From positions 544,001-608,000 of the forward strand of contig OY762940.1 in the NCBI GenBank assembly GCA_963667255.1: a DNA stretch of 64,000 nucleotides. The letters run 5' to 3'. The DNA is from Candidatus Cloacimonadota bacterium. GTDB taxonomy: Bacteria; Cloacimonadota; Cloacimonadia; G963667145. Under the pieces are notes generated by a model that saw only the letters and a program-made list of their open reading frames with translations, did no database searches and was not told the origin of the DNA. Below, piece by piece: positions 28,236 to 38,942 of the stretch (within the stretch, counting starts at the first letter, position 1; the number at the start of each line of letters is the position of its first letter). A program made the translations under genes and the position numbers.

Positions 28236-29255
28236 ATGTTTGATAAATTGTTAAGTTTGTTTACTAAAGATATTGTGATAGATTTGGGCACCGCCAATAC
28301 TTTGATTTATGTCAAAGACGAGGGCGTTGTGCTGGATGAGCCGTCGATAGTTGCTGTCTCTACCAAGGATAAGAAGAAGGTGAGTTTTGGTAGGGAAGCC
28401 AAAAAGATGTTGGGGAAAAATCCCGATTTGATAGAGGTGACCAGACCTTTGCAAGACGGTGTGATTGCCGATTTTGCGATTACGGAGCTGATGCTTAAGT
28501 TTTTCATCAAAAAGGCTTTGGGGAAGAGATTTTTGATTAAGCCAAAAGTTATCGTTTGCATTCCATCGGGCATCACCGAGGTGGAGAAAAGAGCTGTGAA
28601 AGACAGTGTTCTGAACTCCGGAGCCAGAGAGGTTTACTTGATTTCCGAGCCTGTAGCAGCTGCTTTGGGAGCGGGTATTCCCATTACAGAGCCACAGGGC
28701 AACTTGGTGATAGACATAGGTGGCGGGACTACGGAGATAGCTGTGTTGTCGTTGTCCAATATCGTTGCTCACAACTCTATCCGCATTGCCGGAGACAAGA
28801 TGAACGATGCGATAGTGAACTATTTGCGACTGAAGAAGAAAGTTTTTGTGGGCTTGCTGACCGCTGAGGAAATCAAGCAGAAAGTCGGCTCTGCCATCAA
28901 AGTCGATGACGAGTTGGAGATGGTGGTCAAAGGGAGAGATTTGGTTTCCGGTTTGCCTATCAAGTTCAAGGTTACTTCCAATATGATACAAGAGGCTTTG
29001 GCGGACACTGTGCAAAAAATCGTGAGTGCCGTTTTGCAACTGTTTGAGATGACACCTGCGGAACTCACTGCGGACATAGCGGAAAATGGACTGTTTCTCA
29101 CAGGTGGTGGAGCACTTCTCAAGAATTTGGACACCAAGTTGCGACAAGAGACGAATTTGCCCATTCATGTTGTCCCCGAGCCTTTGACTTGCGTAGTGCG
29201 AGGGACTGGCAAAGTGATGGAGAATTTTTCCGAGTATTCAGCCGTTTTGATATAA
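28236..29255 (+). CDS. mreB: Rod shape-determining protein MreB
   Basis: IDLGTANT, EPS, RPL.DGVIADF, DIGGGTTE, LTGGGALL. Confidence 0.98.
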   Translation: MFDKLLSLFTKDIVIDLGTANTLIYVKDEGVVLDEPSIVAVSTKDKKKVSFGREAKKMLGKNPDLIEVTRPLQDGVIADFAITELMLKFFIKKALGKRFLIKPKVIVCIPSGITEVEKRAVKDSVLNSGAREVYLISEPVAAALGAGIPITEPQGNLVIDIGGGTTEIAVLSLSNIVAHNSIRIAGDKMNDAIVNYLRLKKKVFVGLLTAEEIKQKVGSAIKVDDELEMVVKGRDLVSGLPIKFKVTSNMIQEALADTVQKIVSAVLQLFEMTPAELTADIAENGLFLTGGGALLKNLDTKLRQETNLPIHVVPEPLTCVVRGTGKVMENFSEYSAVLI

Positions 29256-29265
29256 TTAACTTCTA

Positions 29266-30003
29266 ATGAAATATAGATTCCAATTGTTTGTTTTGATTAT
29301 TTTCAGTTTTTTTGTGTTGTTTTCTGGCAGTGCGACGAAGACCTCAATAGCCGATTTTTTCCGCAAATACTTGTATCTCCCCGTTGTTTCTTCTTTTGAA
29401 AGTCTTGAGTCCAAAAGCAAGCTGATAGAAGAAAATAAGAGGTTGCAAGAGCTTAATCGGGAGCTTTTGACACAGAATCTAGCGTATCGCGACCAACAAT
29501 TGGCTTTGGAAAAGAGAGATTTGGAGAAACGAGGCTTGCAACTCGCCACCGTGGTGGGAGTGATGGGCACTTACAATCAGAAAATTTTGGTTTTGGACAT
29601 CGGCTCGCTACAAGGGGTAAAGATAAACTCCCCCGTTTTCACTTCCCAAGGAGTGGTGGGTAAAGTCGTTTCAATTCAACTAAATACATGTCAGGTGCTT
29701 CCTCTTACCAATGTGGAATTTCACCTGAGCGTCAAATCGCAAAGAAGTAAGATTCAGGGTGTGCTGACCTCTTCTTTGGACGGCACGCTGTTTGTGGATA
29801 TGATAGATTTTGGGGCGGATTTGCGAGCCGACGACTTGTTCATCACATCCAATTTATCTACGATTTTCCCAGAAGGGTTTAAGGTCGGCTTTGTGCAGTT
29901 TCTGCGGACTTCGGACTATGGGAATAGATTGCAAGCGGTTATCAAGCCTATCGTGAATATCAATAGCTTAGAGACTGTGTATTTGCTAAAAGAGGGCAAG
30001 TAG
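29266..30003 (+). CDS. mreC: Rod shape-determining protein MreC
   Basis: TM, coiled coil (EENKRL), GVVGKV, TS.LS.IFPEG..VG; position after mreB. Confidence 0.93.
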   Translation: MKYRFQLFVLIIFSFFVLFSGSATKTSIADFFRKYLYLPVVSSFESLESKSKLIEENKRLQELNRELLTQNLAYRDQQLALEKRDLEKRGLQLATVVGVMGTYNQKILVLDIGSLQGVKINSPVFTSQGVVGKVVSIQLNTCQVLPLTNVEFHLSVKSQRSKIQGVLTSSLDGTLFVDMIDFGADLRADDLFITSNLSTIFPEGFKVGFVQFLRTSDYGNRLQAVIKPIVNINSLETVYLLKEGK

Positions 30004-30005
30004 TA

Positions 30006-30506
30006 ATGAGAAATTTTAGAATTTTGGTGATGGCTGTCGTTGTGTTGTATTTGCAAATATTCTTTGCGACTTTCTTGGATTTTTCTCAATGTTTGTCCAA
30101 CTTCTTGTTGCCGTTCGTTGTTTTGCTCTATGCTGTTTGGGGTAGCAGTAGGAAAACGGTTTGGCTACTTTTCTTCTTGGGTTTCGGATACGATATCTTT
30201 AATTCTATGTATTTAGGGTTTTCTCCGTTTGTTCTGCTGATTTGCTTGGTAATCTCTTCCCAGCTGTTTTTGTATTTCAATGTTCGCAATTTCTCCTCTT
30301 GCCTTTTGGTCTTGTTTGTGATTACCGTTTTTTATCAGATTGCCTACTATTTTATTTTTGTTTTGTTGTCCGCCGATTCCATTCAAGTCGGGAATTTGCA
30401 GATGATTACTTATTCCCTTTGTTCGCTGATTTCCAATACGGTCATTTTTATTATTTTGGATTTGGCTTACCATTTGCGTTTCGTTCTCCATGAAAAATCA
30501 AGATAG
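30006..30506 (+). CDS. mreD: Rod shape-determining protein MreD
   Basis: Hydrophobic 166-aa protein with G..YD...S..LG, between mreC and mrdA. Confidence 0.8.
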   Translation: MRNFRILVMAVVVLYLQIFFATFLDFSQCLSNFLLPFVVLLYAVWGSSRKTVWLLFFLGFGYDIFNSMYLGFSPFVLLICLVISSQLFLYFNVRNFSSCLLVLFVITVFYQIAYYFIFVLLSADSIQVGNLQMITYSLCSLISNTVIFIILDLAYHLRFVLHEKSR

Positions 30507-32256
30507 ATTAAAAGTTTTCTTCTTCCTAATTTTCCTCTGCTTTTTGGTTTTTCTCGCCAGATTAATGTGGATGCAGATAAAACTCGGGGAATATTATCAA
30601 GAGGTTGCCCAAAGCAATAGTTTCACAAAGAGGATTGTTCCCCCGCAAAGAGGTATGATTTATGACCGCAGATTTCGACCTTTGGCAATGAACCGTCCGT
30701 CTATTAACCTCTATATTCATCCGGACAAAGTGGACAAGTTGTCGAGATACACCGACTTTTTGTTTCCCATTTTTGGCTCTGATAGCAGTGCGTTTGCGAT
30801 TAGTTTGAGCAAAAAACTCTCCGAAAATAGTTCCAATATTCTTTTGCAGGAAGATTTGGAGTATTTGCAATTTGTCAAGATTGCGGAGAATTTGAACAAC
30901 TATCCAGCGATAGAGATAAAAAACGAGAGCAGAAGAAAATACGCCATAAAATCGCATTTTCTTGGGTATGTTCGCAGTATCGATGCTGACGAATACAAAG
31001 AGCTGAGGGAATCGGACTACTCTTTGAATAGTTTCATCGGTAAAAGAGGCTTGGAAAAGCAGTATGAAACACTTTTGCGAGGTAAACCTGGTTACAAATT
31101 GGAGCAGAAGGACGCTTTCGGCAGGACTTCGGGGTTGGTTGCTGAGGGGCTAAAGGTGCAGAATGGCAAGTCTTTGGTTTTGAGTATTGATATGGACTTG
31201 CAAAACTATATCGGCGACTGCTTTGCGGGTAAAGACTACAAAGGTTTTATCGGGGTGATGGATGCCACTACAGGCGGTATTTTGGCTTATGTCAGTTTGC
31301 CTCAGTATGACAACAATTTGCTAAATCAGACTATTAGCCGAGATGTTTGGCTTTCGCTACTTAACGATACTCTAAATCCGCTTTTGGATAGAGGAGTAGG
31401 TGCTGTTTATCCTCCGGGTTCTATATTCAAGCCTATACCGGCTTCGCTCGGGTTGGAAGAAAACATTATCGATGAAAATACCACTTTGACTAAATGCACA
31501 GGTTCTTTCCGTTATGGAGGTAATGTTTTTAGATGTTGGGACCATAGTGGGCATGGGTCTCTTAATGTGGTTGGTGCTTTGAAACACTCTTGTGATGTGT
31601 TTTTTTATGATTTATCTCTGCGGTTGAATTTGGAAAATTTCCGCCAGTTTACCAAAGAAAACGGAATAACCGTGAAAACAGGGATAGATGTGCCAGACGA
31701 AGTTATGGGATTTTTCCCAAGTCGCTATTGGTATCTGAAGAAGTATCCTTTTACCTCATCGCAACAGGGTTTCAAAATCAACCTCTCTATCGGGCAAGGC
31801 GAATTACAGGTTACACCGATGCAGATGCTGGCGTATTACGGTGCTTTGGCTAACGGAGGAGTTTGGAGACAGCCACACTTTTTGAAAAAAGTGGTAGGCA
31901 ATTCGGACGACATTGAGTTCTCTTCTCGCCCATTGGAAATCTCGCAAAGCACGCTGGCTATCCTGGAGAGAGGTTTGTATGCGGTGGTAAACGACAAAGA
32001 CGGCACAGCACCGAGAGCCAAGCTAAAGAATCCGATAATGTATGGCAAAACGGGTTCAGCCCAAAATCATGTTAGCGATTTGCCCCATGTTTGGTTTGCA
32101 GGATATTGCCGATACAAAGACCCCACTTATCCTACGCTGGCTTATATAGTTATGTTTGAAAATCGAGACGGGGGAGGAGGCTCTATTGCTGCTCCTGTTG
32201 CCGCTCGGATTATTAGTGAATACACCAATATTTTGAGAGAAAGAAGGAAAAAATGA
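30490..32256 (+). CDS. mrdA: Penicillin-binding protein 2
   Basis: RG.IYDR, GK.GLEKQYE, YPPGSIFK (SxxK), SCD (SxD), KTG. Confidence 0.95.
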   Translation: MKNQDRLKVFFFLIFLCFLVFLARLMWMQIKLGEYYQEVAQSNSFTKRIVPPQRGMIYDRRFRPLAMNRPSINLYIHPDKVDKLSRYTDFLFPIFGSDSSAFAISLSKKLSENSSNILLQEDLEYLQFVKIAENLNNYPAIEIKNESRRKYAIKSHFLGYVRSIDADEYKELRESDYSLNSFIGKRGLEKQYETLLRGKPGYKLEQKDAFGRTSGLVAEGLKVQNGKSLVLSIDMDLQNYIGDCFAGKDYKGFIGVMDATTGGILAYVSLPQYDNNLLNQTISRDVWLSLLNDTLNPLLDRGVGAVYPPGSIFKPIPASLGLEENIIDENTTLTKCTGSFRYGGNVFRCWDHSGHGSLNVVGALKHSCDVFFYDLSLRLNLENFRQFTKENGITVKTGIDVPDEVMGFFPSRYWYLKKYPFTSSQQGFKINLSIGQGELQVTPMQMLAYYGALANGGVWRQPHFLKKVVGNSDDIEFSSRPLEISQSTLAILERGLYAVVNDKDGTAPRAKLKNPIMYGKTGSAQNHVSDLPHVWFAGYCRYKDPTYPTLAYIVMFENRDGGGGSIAAPVAARIISEYTNILRERRKK

Positions 32257-33473
32257 GAGGATTTTTTGACACCAGAAAATTGGATTTGCCCCTTTTTATT
32301 CTGTATATTTTGCTTCTTGTCATAGGTTGGTTGGCAATCTATAGTGCCACTTACCACGCTTCTTTGGCACAACAAACACCTTTGGACAAATTATACATCA
32401 AACAAGCTTTTTGGATAATATTTTCCGGCTTGGTTGTTGTGGGCATTTTGAAAACGCCTATGCGGTATCTGGAGATGTTTCCCAAGAGTATTTTCATCTT
32501 TTCCGTCATCTTGTTGATAGCAGTATTTATGTTTCCGGCTGTCAAAGGCTCTCATCGCTGGATAAGGTTCTCGGGCTTTCAGTTTCAGCCTTCGGAGTTG
32601 ATGAAAATAGGGTTTATCTTGTATGGAGCGAAGCTATTGACAGATGCCAAAAACTTGGTCGAGATAGTGTGGAAATGGGCTTTGCTTCTCGTTTTGACCA
32701 CTGGACTCATCGTGATAGAGCCAAACCTCAGTGCGACACTGGTCTACTTCTTCATCTCCTTTGTAATGCTCAGCTTTTCCCGAATACCATTCTGCTATTT
32801 GGTATCAGTTTTAGCACCTTTTTTTAGTGTCGTTTTCATAACAAACATTTGGCTGTTCTTTGTCTATTTCGCTTTTATCGCCTATTACCTGTTTCGCCAT
32901 ACGGATTTGTCCATTGTGAAAAGAAGTATCTCTGTTTTGCTTATTTTGTTTGTTTATTTCAATATTCCAGTCGCTTGGAATTTGCTGAAGGATTATCAAA
33001 AAAATCGTATTTTGGTTTTCTTGGATCCGAGTTTAGACCCTCTCGGAGCGGGATATCAGATTATCCAGTCCAAGATAGCCATCGGTTCTGGCGAGATTTT
33101 TGGCAAGGGCTATATGCAGGGAACACAGAAGAATTTACGATTTCTCCCCGAGAGTCACAACGATTTTATCTTTTCCACTCTTTGTGAGGAAACTGGTTTT
33201 TTGGGAGCATTTTTTCTTTTGCTAATCTATTTTTTATTTTTTTGGCGAATTATTTACTTGACGAGTAATCAGAAGGATGGGAATAGATTTTTGGTTAGTG
33301 TAGGGTTTCTATCTTTTTTGTTTTATCAGTTTTTGGTAAATATTGGTATGACATTGGGGTTGCTACCCTCCACGGGAGTTCCGTTGCCTCTCTTGAGTTA
33401 CGGAGGCTCCAACTTACTGATAGTATCGATTGCGGTTGCGTATTTGATAAAAAAATCAGAATATAGTAGTTGA
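32253..33473 (+). CDS. rodA: SEDS peptidoglycan glycosyltransferase RodA
   Basis: RW.....FQPSE..K, YQ.NRI, GYQIIQSKIAIGSG, LPE.HNDFIF, GVPLPLLSYGGS. Confidence 0.95.
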   Translation: MRGFFDTRKLDLPLFILYILLLVIGWLAIYSATYHASLAQQTPLDKLYIKQAFWIIFSGLVVVGILKTPMRYLEMFPKSIFIFSVILLIAVFMFPAVKGSHRWIRFSGFQFQPSELMKIGFILYGAKLLTDAKNLVEIVWKWALLLVLTTGLIVIEPNLSATLVYFFISFVMLSFSRIPFCYLVSVLAPFFSVVFITNIWLFFVYFAFIAYYLFRHTDLSIVKRSISVLLILFVYFNIPVAWNLLKDYQKNRILVFLDPSLDPLGAGYQIIQSKIAIGSGEIFGKGYMQGTQKNLRFLPESHNDFIFSTLCEETGFLGAFFLLLIYFLFFWRIIYLTSNQKDGNRFLVSVGFLSFLFYQFLVNIGMTLGLLPSTGVPLPLLSYGGSNLLIVSIAVAYLIKKSEYSS

Positions 33474-33487
33474 TTAAGGAGACTAAA

Positions 33488-33745
33488 ATGAGTTTTGTTT
33501 ACAAAAAGGACGATTTTTGCATTCCTGTGACCAAGGCTTGCAGTAGATCAGAGGTTGAGTTTATCGTTAAAGATTTTATCAACAAGAAGATTACTTTTTG
33601 CCTTGGAGGAGATGAAGAAGAGACGGAAATTTGGCGTCAAGCCGGAGATAGAGATTTGGATTGCATCAAGAAAAAAGGTTCGCCGGACAATCCTGTAGCT
33701 GTTTATGTAGATGGAGTTAAGCAAGAAGATTATACTATCGGCTAA
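33488..33745 (+). CDS. Small hypothetical protein
   Basis: AAGGAG RBS before ATG 33488; fills the operon gap. Confidence 0.7.
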   Translation: MSFVYKKDDFCIPVTKACSRSEVEFIVKDFINKKITFCLGGDEEETEIWRQAGDRDLDCIKKKGSPDNPVAVYVDGVKQEDYTIG

Positions 33746-33751
33746 TTTCAG

Positions 33752-34318
33752 GTGAAATTTTATATTTCATTCTTGTGCCTTACTCTGTTTTATAGTTTTT
33801 CATGGGCTCACCCACACATTTGGGTTGAGTCCAGTTTGATTTTGACTCTCAAGGACGATTCTGTGGGCGAGTTGCAAAATAGTTGGAGCTTTGACCCGAT
33901 GTTCAGCAGTATCATTTTTGAAGATTACGATGCCAATCATGACGGCAAATTCACCCAAAATGAGATTGCAACGATTGAGAAAGAGGCTTTTGCAAATCTC
34001 AAGAATTTCGATTTTTATTCCTATGTGTTCGTAGATGGGGTAAAGAAATCTGTCAGATATTCCGATTTTAGTGTGGTGGCAGACGGAGAAAAGGTTGTTT
34101 ACTCATTCAAAATACTGTTCAACTACTCTCCGAACCCAAACTCTACTCTGCTCTTTGCCACATACGACCCGACAATTTTTACCGATTTGCTTTTGGTGGA
34201 CGATCCATTAGTGATTTTGCCCGATGGTTACAGATACACCATGAGTTACAAAAAAGATGTGATTTTGGACGACATTGAGTTTCCCAGCATGGTTAGATTG
34301 GAGGTAGGGAAGCAATGA
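33752..34318 (+). CDS. DUF1007-family periplasmic metal-binding protein
   Basis: Signal peptide followed by AHPHIW; W.FD.MFS; YDPT.F. Confidence 0.85.
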   Translation: MKFYISFLCLTLFYSFSWAHPHIWVESSLILTLKDDSVGELQNSWSFDPMFSSIIFEDYDANHDGKFTQNEIATIEKEAFANLKNFDFYSYVFVDGVKKSVRYSDFSVVADGEKVVYSFKILFNYSPNPNSTLLFATYDPTIFTDLLLVDDPLVILPDGYRYTMSYKKDVILDDIEFPSMVRLEVGKQ

Positions 34319-35160
34319 AAAGGCTAATTCTTGCGGTTATGATTTTCTCCTTTTTTGCTTCTATTTATGCGTCCAATCCTTTTTTTGCAGGGAAGAAGAA
34401 CCCCTCGACTGACAAGACGGAAGTTTTGACGACCAGCAAAGCTTTTTTGTCGCTGATGAAGTTGCAACGGGAGCTAAATCAAAAAATTGTTGTCGCCAGC
34501 AAAAAGGTAAAAGAGGACTGGAAATCTCTGTTCCCGCTAATTTTCTTGGTGTTTGCTTACGGAGTTATTCATGCCATTGGTCCGGGTCACGGAAAAGTTT
34601 TTTCGATTTTTTATTTTATGTCCGAAAAGGTCACGATTGCCAGAGGGATTTTGCTCAGTATGATTGTCGGTTTTTTCCACGGACTTATGGGAGTTTTGCT
34701 GGTTGTTTTTCTCAAGTATATTCTGCAAATTTACAGCTACTTGTTGCAACAAAATGTTTCGTTGGTAATCCAGCGGGTGTCGTTCTTTTTAATTTCGTTG
34801 CTGGGATTGTATTTTTTTGTCAGGAAGTTTGCGAAGAGGAGTAGCAACGATGTTGAACAGAAAGGCGGAATTGCTTTGGCTTTTTCCGTATCGATGGTGC
34901 CTTGCCCTGGGGTAGTGATGATTATGCTGTTTTGCATCTCCAACGATGCGTTGCCTTTGGGATTGCTCTTGAGCGGATTTATGAGCTTGGGAATGGCTTT
35001 GACGATAGCGAGCGTAGGATTGTTGGTTTTGAATTTGAGAAAGCTCTCTTTTACCGTTTCCAATTTTTCGATATTTGATAAAATCCGAGTTTCGTTCGAT
35101 TATTTTTTTGCTTTTTTATTGTTTCTTTACGGAACGATTCTATTTATTGGTAGCTTGTAA
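34315..35160 (+). CDS. Nickel/cobalt transporter (NicO/RcnA family)
   Basis: YGVIHAIGPGHGK, VPCPG and MSLGMALT; multiple TMs; adjacent to the DUF1007 gene. Confidence 0.88.
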   Translation: MKRLILAVMIFSFFASIYASNPFFAGKKNPSTDKTEVLTTSKAFLSLMKLQRELNQKIVVASKKVKEDWKSLFPLIFLVFAYGVIHAIGPGHGKVFSIFYFMSEKVTIARGILLSMIVGFFHGLMGVLLVVFLKYILQIYSYLLQQNVSLVIQRVSFFLISLLGLYFFVRKFAKRSSNDVEQKGGIALAFSVSMVPCPGVVMIMLFCISNDALPLGLLLSGFMSLGMALTIASVGLLVLNLRKLSFTVSNFSIFDKIRVSFDYFFAFLLFLYGTILFIGSL

Positions 35161-35183
35161 GATAAGAGATTTATGGAGATTAT

Positions 35184-35816
35184 ATGAGAAGATTTTTGCG
35201 AGACCCGCTGAGTGGTTTTACCCATTTTGTCGGATTTGGATTAGCCATTTGGGCTTTGGTGATGTTGCTCATCCGCCCGCATAACACGGCAATGAGTTAT
35301 ACATCTCTATCCATTTTCGGCTCGGGAATGATATTGCTGTATCTATTCAGCACGCTTTATCATTGGTTACCTTTGCGGGAGAGAGGAGTGAGGATTTTTC
35401 GCAAAATAGACCACATTATGATTTTTGTTTTTATTGCTGCGTCTTACACACCTATTTGCTTATTGTCGTTGCAAGGAGGTTGGGGTTGGACTATCTTCGG
35501 TATCTGCTGGGGATTGGTAGTTTTCGGAGTTTTTTTGAAAATATTTTGGCTCTCCGCTCCGAGGTGGCTTTATACAGGCATTTATTTGGCGATGGGTTGG
35601 ATTGTGGTGATTGCCATTAAAAAGGTAATAGCGAATATTCCCCCAAAGGGTCTCATTTTGCTGCTTTTGGGCGGAATTTTCTATTCGCTCGGAGCAGTGA
35701 TTTATGCACTGAAGAAGCCCAACTTTAAGATTTTCGGGTTTCACGAAATTTGGCATATTTTTGTGATGCTGGGGAGTTTTTCCCATTTCTATATGATTTA
35801 TTATTTTGTGTATTAG
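35184..35816 (+). CDS. Hemolysin III / PAQR family membrane protein
   Basis: S..TH, STLYH, DHIMIF..IAASYTP, YLAMGW, GFHEIWHIFV. Confidence 0.93.
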   Translation: MRRFLRDPLSGFTHFVGFGLAIWALVMLLIRPHNTAMSYTSLSIFGSGMILLYLFSTLYHWLPLRERGVRIFRKIDHIMIFVFIAASYTPICLLSLQGGWGWTIFGICWGLVVFGVFLKIFWLSAPRWLYTGIYLAMGWIVVIAIKKVIANIPPKGLILLLLGGIFYSLGAVIYALKKPNFKIFGFHEIWHIFVMLGSFSHFYMIYYFVY

Positions 35817-35866
35817 TGGTTGCCAAGAGCAATGATTTTGGTTTATAAGAGAGTAAGGAGAAAAAG

Positions 35867-36394
35867 ATGAAATACGATATTGTTGAGATGTTGAGCGTAG
35901 AGACTATAGCCAAGCGAGTCAAAGAGTTGGGGCAAGAAATAAGTAACAGCTACAAGGGGAAGGAGTTGATTTTGGTTGGACTTTTGCGTGGCTCTGTAAT
36001 TTTTTTGTCGGATTTGGTCAGAGAGCTTGATTTGGATGCGAAACTCGATTTTATGGTTGTCTCCAGCTATGGCAACGATATGGAATCGTCTCGAGATGTA
36101 AAAATTCTCAAAGATTTGGAAGAGCAAATCGAGGGGAAATCCGTGTTGATAGTGGAAGATATCATCGACACAGGGTTCACTCTGAAAAAAGTCGCCAAAA
36201 TTTTGAAACTGAGAAAGCCTGAATCTTTGAAAATCTGCACTTTGCTGGATAAGCCTGAACGGCGATTGGTGGATGTGGAAGTCGATTATGTTGGGTTCAA
36301 AATTCCCGATGAGTTCGTAGTCGGCTACGGCATAGATTACGCCCAAAGCCACAGAAATTTACCCTTCGTGGGCAAGGTCGTTCCGAAAGATTAA
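35867..36394 (+). CDS. hpt: Hypoxanthine phosphoribosyltransferase
   Basis: [41 protein letters not shown]. Confidence 0.96.
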   Translation: MKYDIVEMLSVETIAKRVKELGQEISNSYKGKELILVGLLRGSVIFLSDLVRELDLDAKLDFMVVSSYGNDMESSRDVKILKDLEEQIEGKSVLIVEDIIDTGFTLKKVAKILKLRKPESLKICTLLDKPERRLVDVEVDYVGFKIPDEFVVGYGIDYAQSHRNLPFVGKVVPKD

Positions 36395-36413
36395 TTTTCC
36401 CGGAAAAAAAATT

Positions 36414-36444
36414 ATGGGTGGCTACTTTTACTGTAACCACCCAT
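36414..36444. terminator. Intrinsic terminator between convergent hpt and the methyltransferase gene
   Basis: ATGGGTGGCTAC...GTAACCACCCAT stem (G-U pair on the minus strand) followed by a T-run on the minus strand. Confidence 0.75.
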
Positions 36445-36464
36445 TTAATTTAACTTGATATTTT

Positions 36465-37088
36465 TCACTTACGAAAAATTATCCATAAGCCTCGCTCGTC
36501 ATTTATCATCTCAAACTTTATCCCCAAAGTCTTAACGATTCCTGCGATAAACTCTCCAGATTGCTCAACTTTAATTTTTTTTATTTTGTCTTCCCAACTC
36601 TTTCCCGAGTGTTCCAGCATTTTCAAATGAATCTCTTCTTGCAGTTTGCCACTACCAAAACCGCATCCGAAATATGCAAGACCGCCTTTGGACAAAACCC
36701 GATAAATTTCGGAAAAGGCTTTTTGTTTATTCCGCCAAAACCAGAGGGAGCCTCTGCTTATTACCAAGTCAACGGAATTGTCGTCCAAAGGGATATCCTC
36801 AACATTAGCAAGGAGATAGGAGAATTTGTCACCGTAATTTTGCTCTTTGGCAATCGCTATAGCCTCAGGGTCAACATCCAGCAAGATGAATCTCATATCT
36901 TTGGCTTGTTTGGAAACCGCATCTGCCAAAAATCCTCCCGAACTTCCCAAGTCCAGACACAAGCCTTCGCTAAACCCTGCTTTATCAAGAATTTGCCCTG
37001 CTAATAAATCGTAGCAAGGCAAAAAAATTTGAGAAGCTATCTCATGGAAGCCTCTTGCCCCTTTTTCCATATCCTTGTCTTCAAACAT
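36465..37088 (-). CDS. Class I SAM-dependent methyltransferase
   Basis: LDLGSSGG, P..DNSVDLVISRGS, EIYRVL..GG. Confidence 0.9.
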   Translation of the reverse strand: MFEDKDMEKGARGFHEIASQIFLPCYDLLAGQILDKAGFSEGLCLDLGSSGGFLADAVSKQAKDMRFILLDVDPEAIAIAKEQNYGDKFSYLLANVEDIPLDDNSVDLVISRGSLWFWRNKQKAFSEIYRVLSKGGLAYFGCGFGSGKLQEEIHLKMLEHSGKSWEDKIKKIKVEQSGEFIAGIVKTLGIKFEMINDERGLWIIFRK

Positions 37089-37091
37089 ACA

Positions 37092-38150
37092 TTACTTTAC
37101 AATACTCTCTGCCAAAATTTCATCAATCTCATTATAGGTTAACTCTCTATGATAAAACAGTTTATAAAATTTCTTTACTTCAGTTTTTACATCGAAATCA
37201 AAATACTCCGGATAGAGTAAGTTGGATAACCAAATAATCCCCAAAAAGCGATTGATAGAAGGAGGGCGATTCACAAAATTATAAGGCGTATTGGGAACTC
37301 TGTAAACTTTTTTATTCTTCAAAGCATCAATTTTTTGCCATGGAGAACTTTTAAAAATTTCAGAATAAAAATCCATTCCCGGTCCACAACCTTTATCCCC
37401 GCAAATCAAAACTACTTCCGGATTCCACTTTATCACTTGCTCGATATTTACGGTAGCTCTGCCATATCCTTTCAGTTCATCCGCTTTGGCGACATTGATA
37501 GCCCCCACATAAGAGATAACTTCTGAACTCAAAGAGCCAGCCGGATCGGTTTGCAAGCCATCTACACCATCGGCATAATACAATCTAATTTTCTTTTCAT
37601 CAGGAATTCTTTTTGTGACCATTTTGGTGCGGTCTAATAAATCTTGGACATACTCTGCCAGAACAGTAGCTTTCTCTTCTTCGTTAAAAATTTCGCCCAA
37701 TTTCTTGTATGTCTCAGCCGTTTTTTCCAAGGACAAACTCAAAAGCAATACAGGGATACCAAGTTTTTCTTCCATACGGTCGGCGTTGGAAATAGTTAAT
37801 TCGTCAATGTCTCCAATCGATATAACCAATTCGCAACCTTCCTTCAAAATCATCTCATAGTTTGTATTGTCTCTTTTCCCAAACTTGCCACCCAGCACAG
37901 GCAACCCTTGATAATATTTACTGGTAAATCTTTTCTCTTCTTCGCTCAGAGTCCAGTTGAGTCCGCCTAATTTCCTCTCGTTCAGAGAGTAGATAATCAA
38001 TGTTCCTAACGGACTTGAAGAATAAATTTTGTTTACATTTTGGGGAATCTCCCTCGTTCTACCTGCATCGTCAGTAAATTCTCTTCCCTTGGCAAACAAA
38101 CAAACAAAACTTGATAATATCAAAATCATCAAAATTACTTTTCTTTTCAT
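37092..38150 (-). CDS. Fe-siderophore/cobalamin-type ABC substrate-binding protein
   Basis: Signal peptide; FTDDAGR, VN.EQVIKWNPEV, W..IDALKNKKVY..P. Confidence 0.9.
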   Translation of the reverse strand: MKRKVILMILILSSFVCLFAKGREFTDDAGRTREIPQNVNKIYSSSPLGTLIIYSLNERKLGGLNWTLSEEEKRFTSKYYQGLPVLGGKFGKRDNTNYEMILKEGCELVISIGDIDELTISNADRMEEKLGIPVLLLSLSLEKTAETYKKLGEIFNEEEKATVLAEYVQDLLDRTKMVTKRIPDEKKIRLYYADGVDGLQTDPAGSLSSEVISYVGAINVAKADELKGYGRATVNIEQVIKWNPEVVLICGDKGCGPGMDFYSEIFKSSPWQKIDALKNKKVYRVPNTPYNFVNRPPSINRFLGIIWLSNLLYPEYFDFDVKTEVKKFYKLFYHRELTYNEIDEILAESIVK

Positions 38151-38168
38151 ACATTTTCTCCTTTAATT

Positions 38169-38942
38169 TTACATAATAGGCATACAGCTTCGATAAACTT
38201 TGCCGTCAACCTCAAAATCCATAATCTTCACGGTAATTCCGTAAATTTTCTCCATATTCTCCTCGGTAATCACAAGGCTGGCTTTGTCGTAACAAATCAA
38301 AGAACCTTCATAAATCAAGGCAACTTTGGACGGACAAAGGAAAGCGTGATTGGGGAAATGCGAAGTCATGATGATAGTTCTCCCTTGAATTGAGAGTTCG
38401 TTAATTTTATTCAAAATCTTTATCTGATTGCCAAAATCAAGATTGGAAGTCGGTTCGTCCAAAACCAAAATGTCAGTTTGTTGGGTCAGCACCCGAGCAA
38501 TGAGAGCCATCTGTCGCTCTCCACCACTGATTTGGTTGTAGTTGCGGTCTTTCAAATGAGCGATGCCCATCATCTCCAAAGAGTTCTCGGCAATTTCATA
38601 ATCTTCGGCAGAGGGCGATGAGAAAAATCCCAAATGACTGTTTCTGCCCATTACCACTACATCCAACACGGGAAAAGCAAACGGAGTGTTGTGAGCCTGT
38701 GGAACATAGCCGATTTTTCTAGCAATCTCCCGTCGTTTGCAATCGCACATACTCATATCGCCAAGGTAAATTTCGCCTTGATGTATTTTGAGGAAGCCCA
38801 AAATAGTCTTGAAATAAGTGGTCTTTCCTGCACCGTTGGGACCAAGCACACAAACGATTTCGCCCTTTTCCACCTTCATGTTGATATTTTCCAAGACAGT
38901 TTTATTCCCATAACCGCAGAATAGATTGTTTACTCTTAGCAT
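38169..38942 (-). CDS. ABC transporter ATP-binding protein (FecE/BtuD type)
   Basis: GPNGAGKTT, ISGGERQ, LDEPTSNLD. Confidence 0.95.
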   Translation of the reverse strand: MLRVNNLFCGYGNKTVLENINMKVEKGEIVCVLGPNGAGKTTYFKTILGFLKIHQGEIYLGDMSMCDCKRREIARKIGYVPQAHNTPFAFPVLDVVVMGRNSHLGFFSSPSAEDYEIAENSLEMMGIAHLKDRNYNQISGGERQMALIARVLTQQTDILVLDEPTSNLDFGNQIKILNKINELSIQGRTIIMTSHFPNHAFLCPSKVALIYEGSLICYDKASLVITEENMEKIYGITVKIMDFEVDGKVYRSCMPIM